Below, one piece after another: positions 43,967-54,537 of a stretch of DNA of 64,000 bases (positions are counted from its first letter, which is position 1; every line of letters begins with the position of its first letter). The position numbers and the translations under genes were made by a program. Origin of the DNA: Pirellulales bacterium (GTDB lineage Bacteria; Planctomycetota; Planctomycetia; Pirellulales; JADZDJ01); contig CAVRAW010000005.1 in the NCBI GenBank assembly GCA_963719205.1, positions 280,958-344,957 of the forward strand. Direction: 5' to 3'. The notes under the pieces were generated by a model. That model worked only from the letters and a program-made list of their open reading frames with translations. It did not search any database and had not been told where the DNA came from.

Positions 43967-46900
43967 ATGCATGTCCTGGAGGCGATTCAAGTCTGCAAGG
44001 AATACGGCAATGGATCGATCAAGGTCCAAGCCTTACGCCACGTAGACCTGCGTGTGGAAGCCGGCGAGTTCTTAGCGATCATGGGTCCGTCCGGGTGTGG
44101 CAAGAGCAGCTTGCTGCACATCTTGGGTGCGGTCGACTTGCCGAGCTCTGGGCGGGTATTGCTCGATCGATGCGATTTGGGACTTCTGGACGATTTGGCA
44201 CGAAGCTTAATTCGTCGTCGCCGGATCGGCTTTGTGTTTCAGAAGATGAACCTGCTGCCGACGCTTTCGGCGCTGGAGAACGTTTCGCTGCCATTGCGGA
44301 TCGATGGTGTGGGGCGGATCGCCGCGCATGATCGATCGCATGCCGTCCTGCAACAAGTCGGCATGGCGCATCGTGCGACCCATTTTCCTCATGAGCTATC
44401 GGGTGGCGAGCAACAACGCATCGCGATCGCACGCGCCCTGGTAATCCGTCCGGCTGTCGTCTTGGCCGATGAACCAAGCGGTGCGCTCGACAGTAGCAAT
44501 GGCCAGCGGGTTTTAGATCTCTTATGCGAATGTTCGGCGCGCGGACAAACCGTTGTCATGGTGACCCACGATCCCAATTTGGCACGCCGGGCTGGCCGAG
44601 TGATTCAAATGTATGACGGGCGAATCGCCAACAGTGCCAGTACGCCGGATTGCGCCGGGCGTCTTCACCGTCGCACGCCAATAGGCCGCACAATGATGAA
44701 CCTCGCGCATCTGCTTGCTCGCCAGTGGCGACAGCGTCGCATGCGAACGCTGCTTTCGATTCTTAGTGTGTCGATTGCAACAGCCGTGGTATTGGGCACG
44801 TCTCTGGCGAACACTAGCGTCCGGCTCGGAAACCGCAAACTCCTGCAAGCGGTCGAACAGCATCCCACTTTGGAAATCATTTCGGTCGTCGGCGGGCGCT
44901 TTATGGCCGCGGACGTGCCGAGATTGAACGAAATCTCCGGAGTATCGGCCTCCATTCCCATCGTTACACGCAGCACATTGATCCGGGTGCAGGGGAAGCG
45001 GCTGCAAACTGTGGTGGTCGGTGTGGCGCCGGATCATAAGGAAGTCCGGGAGGAACTGTCCCTGGCCTCCAATCGATTCCTTCAACAGTCCCGCGACGTG
45101 CTGCTATCTGCCGACGTTGCCAAACGATTCAAAATCAACGCGGGGGACCGTCTCACGATGCTCACGCTTCGCGGCCCGCGAACGGCGACGATCGTCGGGT
45201 TGGTCGATTCGGCTGGGCTTGGGAGCCTGCGCCCGGGGCAAGCGTCGTGATGCCGATTGAGACCGTTCAAGATTGGTTCGGGCTCGAAGGGCAAGTGGAT
45301 CGGCTGCGAATTCCAATCGGTCCTCATGGGCAAATCGAGGCGGCGCGATCTGCCATTGTGCAGCGCCTACCCGAAGGCTTGGTCGTACAGTCGTCAGGGC
45401 GACAATTGGAATTAGCCGAAAATGTACTACGACCCATCGATCTGGCGTTGCGCTTTGCGGGCGGCGCTGTCGATGGCGATGGCCGCATTCATCATCTTGA
45501 ATACGTTGCGGATGAATTTTGCCGAGCGTCGGCACGACATGGGAGTGGTGCGTATGCTTGGGGCCACATCGCGACAGATTGCGGGATTGCACTTGCTGGA
45601 GGGACTTTGTCTGGGCCTGTGCGGATCACTATTGGGGATTCCGCTGGGGATTTGGCTGGGGCGAGGATTGGGGCAGGTGATGGGACTAGTTTTGGACACT
45701 GAGATCGTGACACCACAGATTGCTCCGTCCGCAATCGCCATCGCATTGGCGCTAGGACCCGTAGTGGCTTGCATCGCGGCGCTCGCGCCTGCCCTGCAAG
45801 CGCGCCACGTTTCCCCGATCGAGGCTGTGGGCGACTCAGAGTTGCGACAGGCGGAACGTTTTCCGCTGTGGGCCATCGGTATGAGCCTTGTGGCGTGGTG
45901 TGTCGCGACCGTGGTGCTGCTGCTGATTGCCCACGGGCTAATGCCGCCCGACACGGCCATTCCTGCAGGATTGTTAATGCTAGTGGCGTTCATCATGTTG
46001 ATTCCGGCAGTTCTTGGGCCGATTGTGCTGCGCTTCGGTGTGGTGTCTGGCGGGATGGATGAATGTTGAAGGGAAACTGGCAGCAGAACAACTGCTGCGA
46101 CGGCCTACTCGCACTGGTTTGACCGTCGGAGTGGTCGTCGTCGCGGTCAGCACGTGCTTGGGTTTGGGCAACGCAATTGTCAACAACGTGAACGACGTGC
46201 GGGGCTGGTTTCGTCGGACGATGCAGGGTGATGTTTTGGTCACCGACCCATCCTCGGCGGATCAAGCTGTCACGGTGCCTGCTCGGAGCCAAGTGCGAGA
46301 GATGATCGCTGGGCAGGAGGGGGTCGACTACCTCGTCGAGTTACACTTTTTTCCGGTCCGGATCAACGGGTCGCCCACGATGTGCGTCGCACGTGACTTT
46401 GCTCCACAGGCGGAGCTGCCATGGTCCCTACCCTCGGCCGTTGAGGCACATACGCGCGCCGCCTTATCCAGGGGCGATGCCGTAATCAGTAGCGTGATGG
46501 CCAAAAAGCTCGGACTGTCCATCGGTGACAAGTTCCAGATGGAAGCGCGCGGTCGAATCCTGTCAGGTCAGGTGGCTGCGGTCGTGAACGATTATTGGAT
46601 GGGGGGCACAGCAATCTTTCTGGAACGCGCTGCGGCCGCGGAATTGATCGACCTGGGACCGGCCAACATCTACATCGTACAGGCCAAGCATGACGCATCT
46701 GTGCAAGCTCTGCGCAACAGCCTGTCGGGCCTGGCGGATCGAGAAGGGCTAGTCGTCCATTCCTTTACGGAGCTGCGCGTCGAGGTCGATCAATTGATCA
46801 ATGGCGTGGTGGGCGCACTGTGGAGCGTGCTGGCCGTCGGCTTTGTGATTGGGGGAGTGGCTGTGGGCAATACGCTGACCATGAGCGTGTTTGAACAGAC

Positions 46901-47207
46901 GCGTGAGATCGGTTTGCTGCGAGTTGTGGGAATGACACGACGGCAGGTACGGAAGATGGTGGCCTGTGAAGCACTATTGCTGGGAATTGTAGGTGTTTTG
47001 ATGGGTATCTTGGCCGGCGCGACGACGGCGCTGATTATCCATCTATGCAATGAGCCGTTGCTCGACCGACCGATACCGTTTGTGTTCCATACCTGGCTGC
47101 TGGCAGTTAGCGCGGGTGGTGGTTTGTTGGTCGCGATGCTGGCTGCCTGGCCGCCGGGCTACCGGGCGGCGCAATTGGATTTGCTTTCTGCAATCGCTTA
47201 CGAGTGA
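43967..47207 (+). CDS. ABC transporter: MacB/LolD-type ATPase in frame with two FtsX-family permease domains, frame broken about 3 times
   Basis: Walker A GPSGCGKSS, LSGGEQQRIAIARAL and VVLADEPSGALD. Then MNLAHLLARQWRQRRMRTLLSILSV (FtsX TM1), a periplasmic domain, and LNTLRMNFAERRHDMGVVRMLGATSRQI (FtsX core 1). A second unit follows with LRRPTRTGLTVGVVV...MSVFEQTREIGLLRVVGMTRRQV. Shifts lie near 45245, 45455 and 46040. Confidence 0.8.
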
Positions 47208-47226
47208 AAAGTGACGTGGTGAAAAG

Positions 47227-48149
47227 GTGGCTTGCTTATCGTTCGTAAAGTTTGCAGTGGCCGATGGCGTTGCCACGATTACTGTCGACCGACCCGATGT
47301 GCTCAATAAATTGAACCCGGTTGTTGTCCATCAGCTGCAGCAAGCGTTCGACCAAGCGTCTGCTGATCCAGAGGTGCGGGGAATTGTGCTGGCGGGCGAG
47401 GGAAAGGCGTTCATGGTCGGCGTCGATGTCGAATTCTTCATTCGCTGCATCGAGTCGGACGATATCGCGCGGATTGTAAAGTTCACCGAAGCAGGTCACC
47501 AACTGCTCAACGCAATTGATCGGTCGGCCAAGCCGGTGGTGGCGGCGCCAACGGCGCGGCATTGGGGGCGGGCCTTGAATTGGCCTTGGCCTGCGACTGG
47601 ATTGTGGCTTCGACGAGCGCGAGTTTCGGCTTTCCGGAGACAAGCTTGGGAATCTATCCCGCCCTGGGTGGAACACAAAGATGCCCGCGCACGATCAGCG
47701 TCGGATTGGCGAAATGGTTGATCCTTACTGGAAAGACGCTCTCAGCGGCCGATGCGGCGAAAATCGGGTTAGTCGACCGCGTCGTCGACGCCACGCAATT
47801 GGACGAAGTGGGCCGCGGGCTTGCGCTGGGTCGGTTGGCAAGCCAGAGGCCGACGACCGTACCAAACGAACTAACTGCGATCGAGCGATTCTTCAACAGA
47901 AGCCGCGCTGTCGACCTGCATGCGGGGACGGCCGATTCAGAAGGCAGTCCTGTACTTGTCCGCGCAATGCGATCGGTCGGCGCCAAGTCCCCCGTAGCTC
48001 TCGTACTAGCCGAGTGGCTGATTGAAGAGGGAAGTCGGCGGTCACTTGAAGAGGGATTGCAGATGGAGATCGACCACCTTCGGGACGTTTTCTCCACGGC
48101 CGAGGCCTATATCGGGCTGATGTCCTGCTTGCGGAGGGGGGCGTGGTAG
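47227..48149 (+). CDS. enoyl-CoA hydratase/isomerase (crotonase) family protein, frame broken near 47549
   Basis: VATITVDRPDVLNKL, LAGEGKAFMVGVD, then after the shift NGAALGAGLELALACDW and FGFPETSLGIYPALGGTQR. Confidence 0.8.
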
Positions 48150-48512
48150 TCGTCGTCAGTTGGTTGGAAAAGTCCAAGTATTCAGCCCTTCTTATCCAAC
48201 CGTCGCCGCTTGACAAGCCCATCCCAGGGTCGATAATCCGGGGAGATATTAAGGACGGTAAGTCAGGTTGCATGCGAAGGAAAGGCATCTCGCAAGGCAT
48301 TCAGTTCGGATTGGCTGGCCCTCGCGACGCGTGCAGAGAGTACGGAAATCCGTGGCCTGTGCGGCCATGATATCTCGGCAACCATCCGTCGCATTTCGTT
48401 CGATGGCCTGCTCTCACGTTGCTTGGCCGATTCGGGCCAGTCGCCGTCGACACAGGCCGAGTACCGATGCACCGTAACCTGTTCGGACAGACGGTGCCTT
48501 TTTTGTGCCTAT

Positions 48513-49634
48513 ATGCAGTTTGGATTCTGTTACATTCCGGACTACCGCGCGAGCCAGCATGGCACGTACCAATCGTGGTACGAACGACTACTGCATGAAT
48601 GGAAGACAGCCGACGATTTGGGATATGACGCTTTATGGATCGCGGAACATCGCTTCCCTGGATATGGCTTCTGCTCGACACCCGTCGTGGCCCAGGCGAT
48701 TGCCGGCCGGACGGAACGGATTCGTATTGGTACCGCAGTGGTGCTGCTGCCACAACGGCATCCCGTACTGACGGCCGAGGATTGGGCGGCCGTGGATCTA
48801 CTCTCCGGCGGCCGCCTTAATTTCGGTATTGGACGCGGCATTTTTGCCTATGACTTCGCGACCGTTGGCGTGAGATCATCGGAATCGTGCGCGCTTCGAG
48901 GAGGCCTGGGAGATCATCCGCCGACTTTGGACCGAACAGCGGGTGACGTACCAGGGCAAATTCTGGTCGTTTATCGATCATTCGCTCGAGCCGCAGCCGC
49001 TACAAAAGCCAACGCCGCCCACATTCGTGGGTTGCATCGCGACGCCGGAATCGTATCGCTGGGCCGGCGCCAACGGCATGCACCTGATTGTGGCGCCATT
49101 TCTGCTCAAATCAACCGAACAGCAGCGGGAGCTGCTCGACATTTACCGCGACTCGCTCGCTGAGGCTGGCTACGAGCCGGCCAGCTTTCAGGTCATTGCC
49201 AACTACCATTTAGCGCTCGTGTCAAGTGAGGGCGAACTGCGGGACGCGGAACAATACCTTTTTCGGTACCTGGACTTTCTTGCGGACGCCGAGTCGAAGC
49301 AGAAATCGTATTTGGACAAGCAACAATACGCAGCCTACGCACCGGCCGAAGCTCGGTCGCGGGATGTAGAAGATGTGCGTGCGCATTGCGCGGTCGTCGG
49401 AACAGCGCAACAGTGCATCGATCGAATCGCCGAATTGGCAGAAGCGTGCGGGCTTTCCGGCTGGATGTTTCACATCAATTATGGCGGCGTACCGCACGAA
49501 CGTGTCATCGAACAGATGCATTTGTTCGCCGAGGATGTGATGCCGACTTTCGCGAGTCCACACGAATTGGCTGCCTCAACGGGTGGGGCGTTAGGCAGGA
49601 CCCGGTCGACGAGCGGTTCGGTTGCGACCATTGA
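48513..49634 (+). CDS. LLM-class (luciferase-like) flavin-dependent oxidoreductase, frame broken near 48873; 3' boundary ambiguous
   Basis: MQFGFCYIP.., LGYDALWIAEHRF and LLSGGRLNFGIGRG, then after removal of one base DHRNRARFEEAWEIIRRLWTEQRVTYQGKFW..GTAQQCIDRIAELAEACG..AEDVMPTF. As given, the frame reads on into the next domain without a stop. Confidence 0.8.
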
Positions 49635-49635
49635 A

Positions 49636-50751
49636 ATGGAGCCGCTTTCAAACGGCCGGCTTGCCTCGCCATGTGACGCTTGGAGCGCGACAGCGACCAA
49701 CGGCGACGCGCTTTCGCCCACACGCCTCCGGATTTCGACCGAACTGGCGAGCGGCGCACGAGATATGACCAGTCGGGCCGTGAGCTATTGGCGAAGTTGT
49801 GTATTGTTTGCCGCGAACAAACTGGAGATTTTCAGCACGGTTGGCCACCGAACGATGACCGCGGGCGACGTTGCCGGCGAACTGCAATTGGACGTTCGTG
49901 GCACTGAAAAGTTGTTGAATGCGTGCGCGAGTCTTGGCCTGATGCAGAAGGAAGGTTCGAGATATTCACTTTCCGAAGACAGCCGACTGTATCTAGACCG
50001 CTCGTCAAGCGTGTACTTGGGAGATTGGGTGGCGCACTGGGCCGACATGCTTGCAAAGGGCAATTGGCAGAGGCTCGACGAAGCGGTCCGCAGCGGGCAA
50101 CCAGTCGCCGCGGCACAGACCTTATTCGGATTCGACGATCGCCGCGATCCGATGCACAACTGGGTTGTCGGCATGCATGAAATGGGGGTCGCAGGACATG
50201 CCGACCTGCTCGCGTCCGCAGCGTCGATCGACAACGTGAGCAGCCTCTTGGACGTGGGAGGTGGGCCTGGAACTTACAGCATTTACTTGTGCCGTCGATT
50301 TCCTGCTCTTGAAGCCACCATCGTTGACGCACCCGATGTAGCAATCGTGGCGAAGAAGTTGATCGCCCAGGCGAATTTGAACGAACGGGTTCATATTGTA
50401 AATCTTGATTTTCGTACGCAAGGGCTTGGTCGAAAGTTTGACATCGTTCTACTCTCGAACGTTTTGCACATGTGTTGCAAAGCGGACGCCCTCTTGATGC
50501 TCCGTAACGCGGCAGGGCACCTCGCCCAGCGCGGTCGATTGGTGATTCAGGAGTGGATTTTGAACGACGACGCCACTGGGCCCGAGCTTGCCGCGCTTTT
50601 CGACTTGCATATGTTGCTCAATCCTAACGCCGATGTCTATCGGTTCTCGGAGTTGATCGAAATGATCACTCAGTGTGGCTTTCGATTGGTGGAGTCGATC
50701 CCGACCGGTGGTTTGTATGACTTGATGATTGCGCAAAGACAATGCGACTGA
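49636..50751 (+). CDS. class I SAM-dependent O-methyltransferase (COMT/dimerisation-domain type); separate gene or fused to the LLM domain
   Basis: Winged-helix/dimerisation part LFAANKLEIFSTVGHRTMTAGDVAGEL..LLNACASLGLM. SAM motif I LLDVGGGPGTYS, then DIVLLSNVLH. A candidate ATG at 49636 lies 1 nt after a TGA in the +1 frame. Confidence 0.75.
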   Translation: MEPLSNGRLASPCDAWSATATNGDALSPTRLRISTELASGARDMTSRAVSYWRSCVLFAANKLEIFSTVGHRTMTAGDVAGELQLDVRGTEKLLNACASLGLMQKEGSRYSLSEDSRLYLDRSSSVYLGDWVAHWADMLAKGNWQRLDEAVRSGQPVAAAQTLFGFDDRRDPMHNWVVGMHEMGVAGHADLLASAASIDNVSSLLDVGGGPGTYSIYLCRRFPALEATIVDAPDVAIVAKKLIAQANLNERVHIVNLDFRTQGLGRKFDIVLLSNVLHMCCKADALLMLRNAAGHLAQRGRLVIQEWILNDDATGPELAALFDLHMLLNPNADVYRFSELIEMITQCGFRLVESIPTGGLYDLMIAQRQCD

Positions 50752-50767
50752 TGAAGGGGCCATCCTG

Positions 50768-52006
50768 ATGACTGCGGAGACGCAATACGAATCGCCGCAA
50801 GCCGATGTCAGTGACCCAATCGTTGTCGTGGGAGCGGGCGCCGCTGGCATGGGGGCGGCAATTGCCGCGGCCCGATCGGGTTCGAAAGTGCTTTTGGTTG
50901 ACTCCGCTGAAGGCCCTGGCGGAACTGTCACCAGCGCGCTCATCCACACACTCGGAGGAATCTATGATGATCGCCAGCAATACCTCAACGATGGAGTCGT
51001 CTGCGAACTCGCGGAGCGGCTACGCCGGGCCAGTTCATCGACACGTCCCCGCAAAATTGGACAGACCTGGTGCCTGAACGTTTGCCCCGAAGTGTACCGG
51101 ACGGTCGTCGAGAGGTGGATTGCGGAGGAAACCTTGATTCAACCGTTGTTTGGCGCCCGCGTTACGCGAGTGATAACCGATTGTGGAATGGCCGAAGAGC
51201 TAGAGTACCGCGGACTTTGGGGGACGCAGCGCGTTTTGTTGAAAGCGATCATTGACGCAACGGGCACAGCCGAGATCGTTCGGATGATTAATCCAGATCT
51301 GGTCTACGACGACGACGATCGAGCGGCCGGTGGAATGATTTTCCGGCTGCGGGACGTGAATCCCGGGGCGCTGAAGTTCCCCAACGGCGTCATTTTGATG
51401 CAACGCATGCGCACCGCGGCTGAGAATGCAGCGCTGCCGGCGCTTTGTGCACATGCCTGGCTGGATCAGGGTGTTTTCGAGGACGAAGTATTTGTAAAGC
51501 TGTTTGTACCATTAACGAATGATTGGACCCAGTCGGGGCAATGGACTCTGATTACACGGGAAGCGCAAGACGCGCAGGCCTGCATCATCGAGTATTTGGG
51601 GCGGCTTCCAGAGTTTGCACACGCGCGACTGGTTCAGACCGGCGTTTTGGGAGTTCGCGATGGCGGCCGCATCAAGGGGGAATACTATCTGACGGAAGAT
51701 GACGTGCGGTGCGGTCGTGCCTTTCCCGATCCAGCCTGTCGATGCTGCTGGCCGATCGAATATTGGCATCCGAGACGCGGCCTTGAATTGGAGTATCTGC
51801 GGCCCGGTACACGCTACGAGATTCCCTTGCGTGCGCTCAAAGTGAAGGGATTGAGAAATGTCTGGGCGGCCGGCAAATGTCTTTCGGCGGATCACCGAGC
51901 TCAAGCCTCGGCACGCGTTGTCGGGCAGTGTTGGGCGATGGGCCAGGCCGTCGCGAGGGCAGTTGTCGGTATTGGAAGCGATCGGTATGGCGCCAAATTG
52001 TTGTAG
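50768..52006 (+). CDS. FAD-dependent oxidoreductase (FAD_oxidored/GIDA-like fold)
   Basis: ATG at 50768. Dinucleotide-binding IVVVGAGAAGMGAAIAAARSGSKVLLVDSAEGPGGT and C-terminal WAAGKCLSADHRAQASARV. Confidence 0.8.
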   Translation: MTAETQYESPQADVSDPIVVVGAGAAGMGAAIAAARSGSKVLLVDSAEGPGGTVTSALIHTLGGIYDDRQQYLNDGVVCELAERLRRASSSTRPRKIGQTWCLNVCPEVYRTVVERWIAEETLIQPLFGARVTRVITDCGMAEELEYRGLWGTQRVLLKAIIDATGTAEIVRMINPDLVYDDDDRAAGGMIFRLRDVNPGALKFPNGVILMQRMRTAAENAALPALCAHAWLDQGVFEDEVFVKLFVPLTNDWTQSGQWTLITREAQDAQACIIEYLGRLPEFAHARLVQTGVLGVRDGGRIKGEYYLTEDDVRCGRAFPDPACRCCWPIEYWHPRRGLELEYLRPGTRYEIPLRALKVKGLRNVWAAGKCLSADHRAQASARVVGQCWAMGQAVARAVVGIGSDRYGAKLL

Positions 52007-52015
52007 GTGTTTGTC

Positions 52016-53473
52016 ATGTTCAATCTGTTCGAAGTATTTCGTCAGATGGCGAAGCGGCGACCTCGGCAGATCGCGTTGGTCGATTGTGATTTGCAAGAAT
52101 GCATGTCGTACGGCGAGCTGCTCGAGGAGGTCGAGCGATTTGCGCAATGTTTGCAGCGTGGCAAACTCCGCGCAGGCCAGTGCATCGGCTTGCATGTGCC
52201 CAGTGGCCGCAATTACATTTTGGCGACCTACGCCGCCTGGAAGTGCGGCGTCTGTGTCGTGCCCATCCCGATGGAATTGAGCACGCTGGAAAAGCAACTC
52301 ATTTGCGCGAGTATTGCCCAACATGGAATGCTGACTTGTGCGACTTCCACAATATTCTGGCAATCTTGGCAGCGCGGAGACGCCATACGACTGGGACCAC
52401 TTGAAATGGTTTTGCTCAAACCGGCGATTCGGCCGCCGGCAGGCCTCCAGGACATCAACGCGGCGTTCATTCGCTTCAGTTCGGGAACGACCGGTGACGC
52501 TAAGGGCGTCGTCCTTTCGCACGAAACGATTCTTGAACGAATCCACGCGGCCAACGAGGGATTGCATATTGGGCCGCGGGACCGTGTGGCCTGGCTGCTA
52601 TCGATGTCGTACCATTTCGCGGCATCCATCGTGGCTTACTTGTCGTTTGGCGCAACTGTCATCCTTCCAAAGCGAGAGCTGAATCTTGGAGGCGCCTTCA
52701 TCGATGCCGCGAGCCGATACGAGGCCACGCTGATCTACGGATCGCCGTTGCAGTACAAGCTGATGGCCATGGACCGCGGGAATCGTAGACTGGACACCGC
52801 ACGGATTGCGATTTCCACAGCTTCGTCGTTGTCGCGCGACACGGCCGAGTCGTTTTACAAGCGATTTGGCATCGCCTTGTCGCAGGTGTATGGCCTCATT
52901 GAAGTGGGGCTGCCGTGTATGAATTTGCGCTTTCCTTATGAGCACTATGATTCCGTCGGGCAGATGCTGCCGGCCTTCGAACTGCGATTGATCGACAGCG
53001 GCCACGGCGGCCACTTGAAAGAGATTCAACTGCGGGGGCGCGGATTTCTCGATGCTTACTACGACCCCTGGCAAACACGCCGTCAAATCATGCCGGACGG
53101 CTGGTTTCACACGGGGGATCTGGGCGAGGTGAACGAAGACGGGTGCCTGTTCATCCGTGGGAGATCCAAAGAGGTGATCAACGTAGGGGGCATGAAGGTT
53201 TTTCCTCGAGAAGTTGAGGCCGTGCTGCAATTACACCCGGCAATCAAAGAGGTGGCCGTCTTCGGAGTCCGCCAGATGCGAAGCCGAGAGTCGCTGTGGG
53301 CGGATGTGGTCATTCACCCCGAGGTCAAGACTCCGCCGAAGGAGAGCGAACTACGGCAATTTTGTGCCAAGCAATTGGCTCACTACAAGGTGCCGGAGCG
53401 AATCGCACTTGTGCCGCAACTGGCACGTACGGCGAGTGGCAAAGTCCTGCGTCGTGCAGTGGAATCCGCGTAA
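52016..53473 (+). CDS. AMP-dependent synthetase/ligase (fatty acyl-AMP/CoA ligase-like)
   Basis: Adenylation cores FSSGTTGDAKGV, GWFHTGDLG, GRSKEVINVGGMKV and ARTASGKVLRR. Directly abuts the previous stop (TAG 52004-52006); the alternative start is GTG at 52007. Confidence 0.88.
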   Translation: MFNLFEVFRQMAKRRPRQIALVDCDLQECMSYGELLEEVERFAQCLQRGKLRAGQCIGLHVPSGRNYILATYAAWKCGVCVVPIPMELSTLEKQLICASIAQHGMLTCATSTIFWQSWQRGDAIRLGPLEMVLLKPAIRPPAGLQDINAAFIRFSSGTTGDAKGVVLSHETILERIHAANEGLHIGPRDRVAWLLSMSYHFAASIVAYLSFGATVILPKRELNLGGAFIDAASRYEATLIYGSPLQYKLMAMDRGNRRLDTARIAISTASSLSRDTAESFYKRFGIALSQVYGLIEVGLPCMNLRFPYEHYDSVGQMLPAFELRLIDSGHGGHLKEIQLRGRGFLDAYYDPWQTRRQIMPDGWFHTGDLGEVNEDGCLFIRGRSKEVINVGGMKVFPREVEAVLQLHPAIKEVAVFGVRQMRSRESLWADVVIHPEVKTPPKESELRQFCAKQLAHYKVPERIALVPQLARTASGKVLRRAVESA

Positions 53474-53513
53474 CGAGATATCTTTCAGACCCTGCCACGT
53501 CGTGCGGATCAAT

Positions 53514-54362
53514 ATGCAACTGGGCAATTGGCAACTTGATACAGTCAGCGGGGGGACCTTTTGGCTGGACGGCGGCGTGATGTTCGGGGTCGTGCCCAAG
53601 TCGCTCTGGCAAGACATCGCAGCGCCGGACCCAATGAACCGCATCAAGTGCGCGAATAACTGCGTGTTGGCACGCGATGGTCGCCACACCGTGCTCATTG
53701 ATACTGGCTACGGTGGCAAGTTCTCGCCACTCGAGCGCAGGTTCTATGTCATGGAATCGGGTGAACCACTCTTGGCAAGCCTGGCCGCGTTGGGCGTGGC
53801 GGCGGAGGAGATCGACACGGTCGTCCTTAGCCATCTTCATTTCGACCACGTTGGCGGAGCGACTCGGCTTGATACACAGGGGCGGCGCGTCCCTGTCTTC
53901 ACTCGGGCGCGTCATTTCGTGAGCCGTTGCGAATGGGAGGACGCCACAAGCGGGAGTTCCGAACTCGCGTCCGCATATCCGCTGGATGACATTCTTCCGT
54001 TACGCGAAGCAGGTTTGATCAGGGTTGTAGAGGATGGACAAGAACTGCTGCCTGGGCTCCGCGGCCGCGTGACGGGGGGGCACACGCGTGGGCACATGTC
54101 GGTGTTTTTCGAATCCGGTGGTCAAACGACTGCCTATCTTGGAGATATTTGCCCGACGACCGCACATCTCAGGCGAATGTGGCATCTCGCGTATGACACC
54201 CACCCGTTGGATACTCGGCGGCGTAAGCCGGCACTGCTGAGCCAGGCAGCAGATGAGGGCTGCTGGGTCATCTGGAACCACGACCCGCGCGTGGCGGTCA
54301 GCCGAGTTGCCCGACATCCAAAGCGCGAATTTGTGGCGATCGATCGACGCGAGGCACTATAA
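53514..54362 (+). CDS. MBL-fold metallo-hydrolase
   Basis: ATG at 53514. Metal-binding motif LSHLHFDHVGG, with downstream GGHTRGH and WNHD. Confidence 0.85.
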   Translation: MQLGNWQLDTVSGGTFWLDGGVMFGVVPKSLWQDIAAPDPMNRIKCANNCVLARDGRHTVLIDTGYGGKFSPLERRFYVMESGEPLLASLAALGVAAEEIDTVVLSHLHFDHVGGATRLDTQGRRVPVFTRARHFVSRCEWEDATSGSSELASAYPLDDILPLREAGLIRVVEDGQELLPGLRGRVTGGHTRGHMSVFFESGGQTTAYLGDICPTTAHLRRMWHLAYDTHPLDTRRRKPALLSQAADEGCWVIWNHDPRVAVSRVARHPKREFVAIDRREAL

Positions 54363-54537
54363 GGTGCATCACTAAACCAACTAATCAGCAGTGTCTAGGT
54401 AGTTTTTGCAGTCTGTCTATTTGATCTATGTTGACTGCCTAAGGATTAGTCTTAGAATCAGGGCCGTTAGCTTTGAAGGCTTTGGGTAAGGTGGGGCTAT
54501 CAGGTAGCGTCTCTCGTCGATCGGCTGGGGGAACCGC

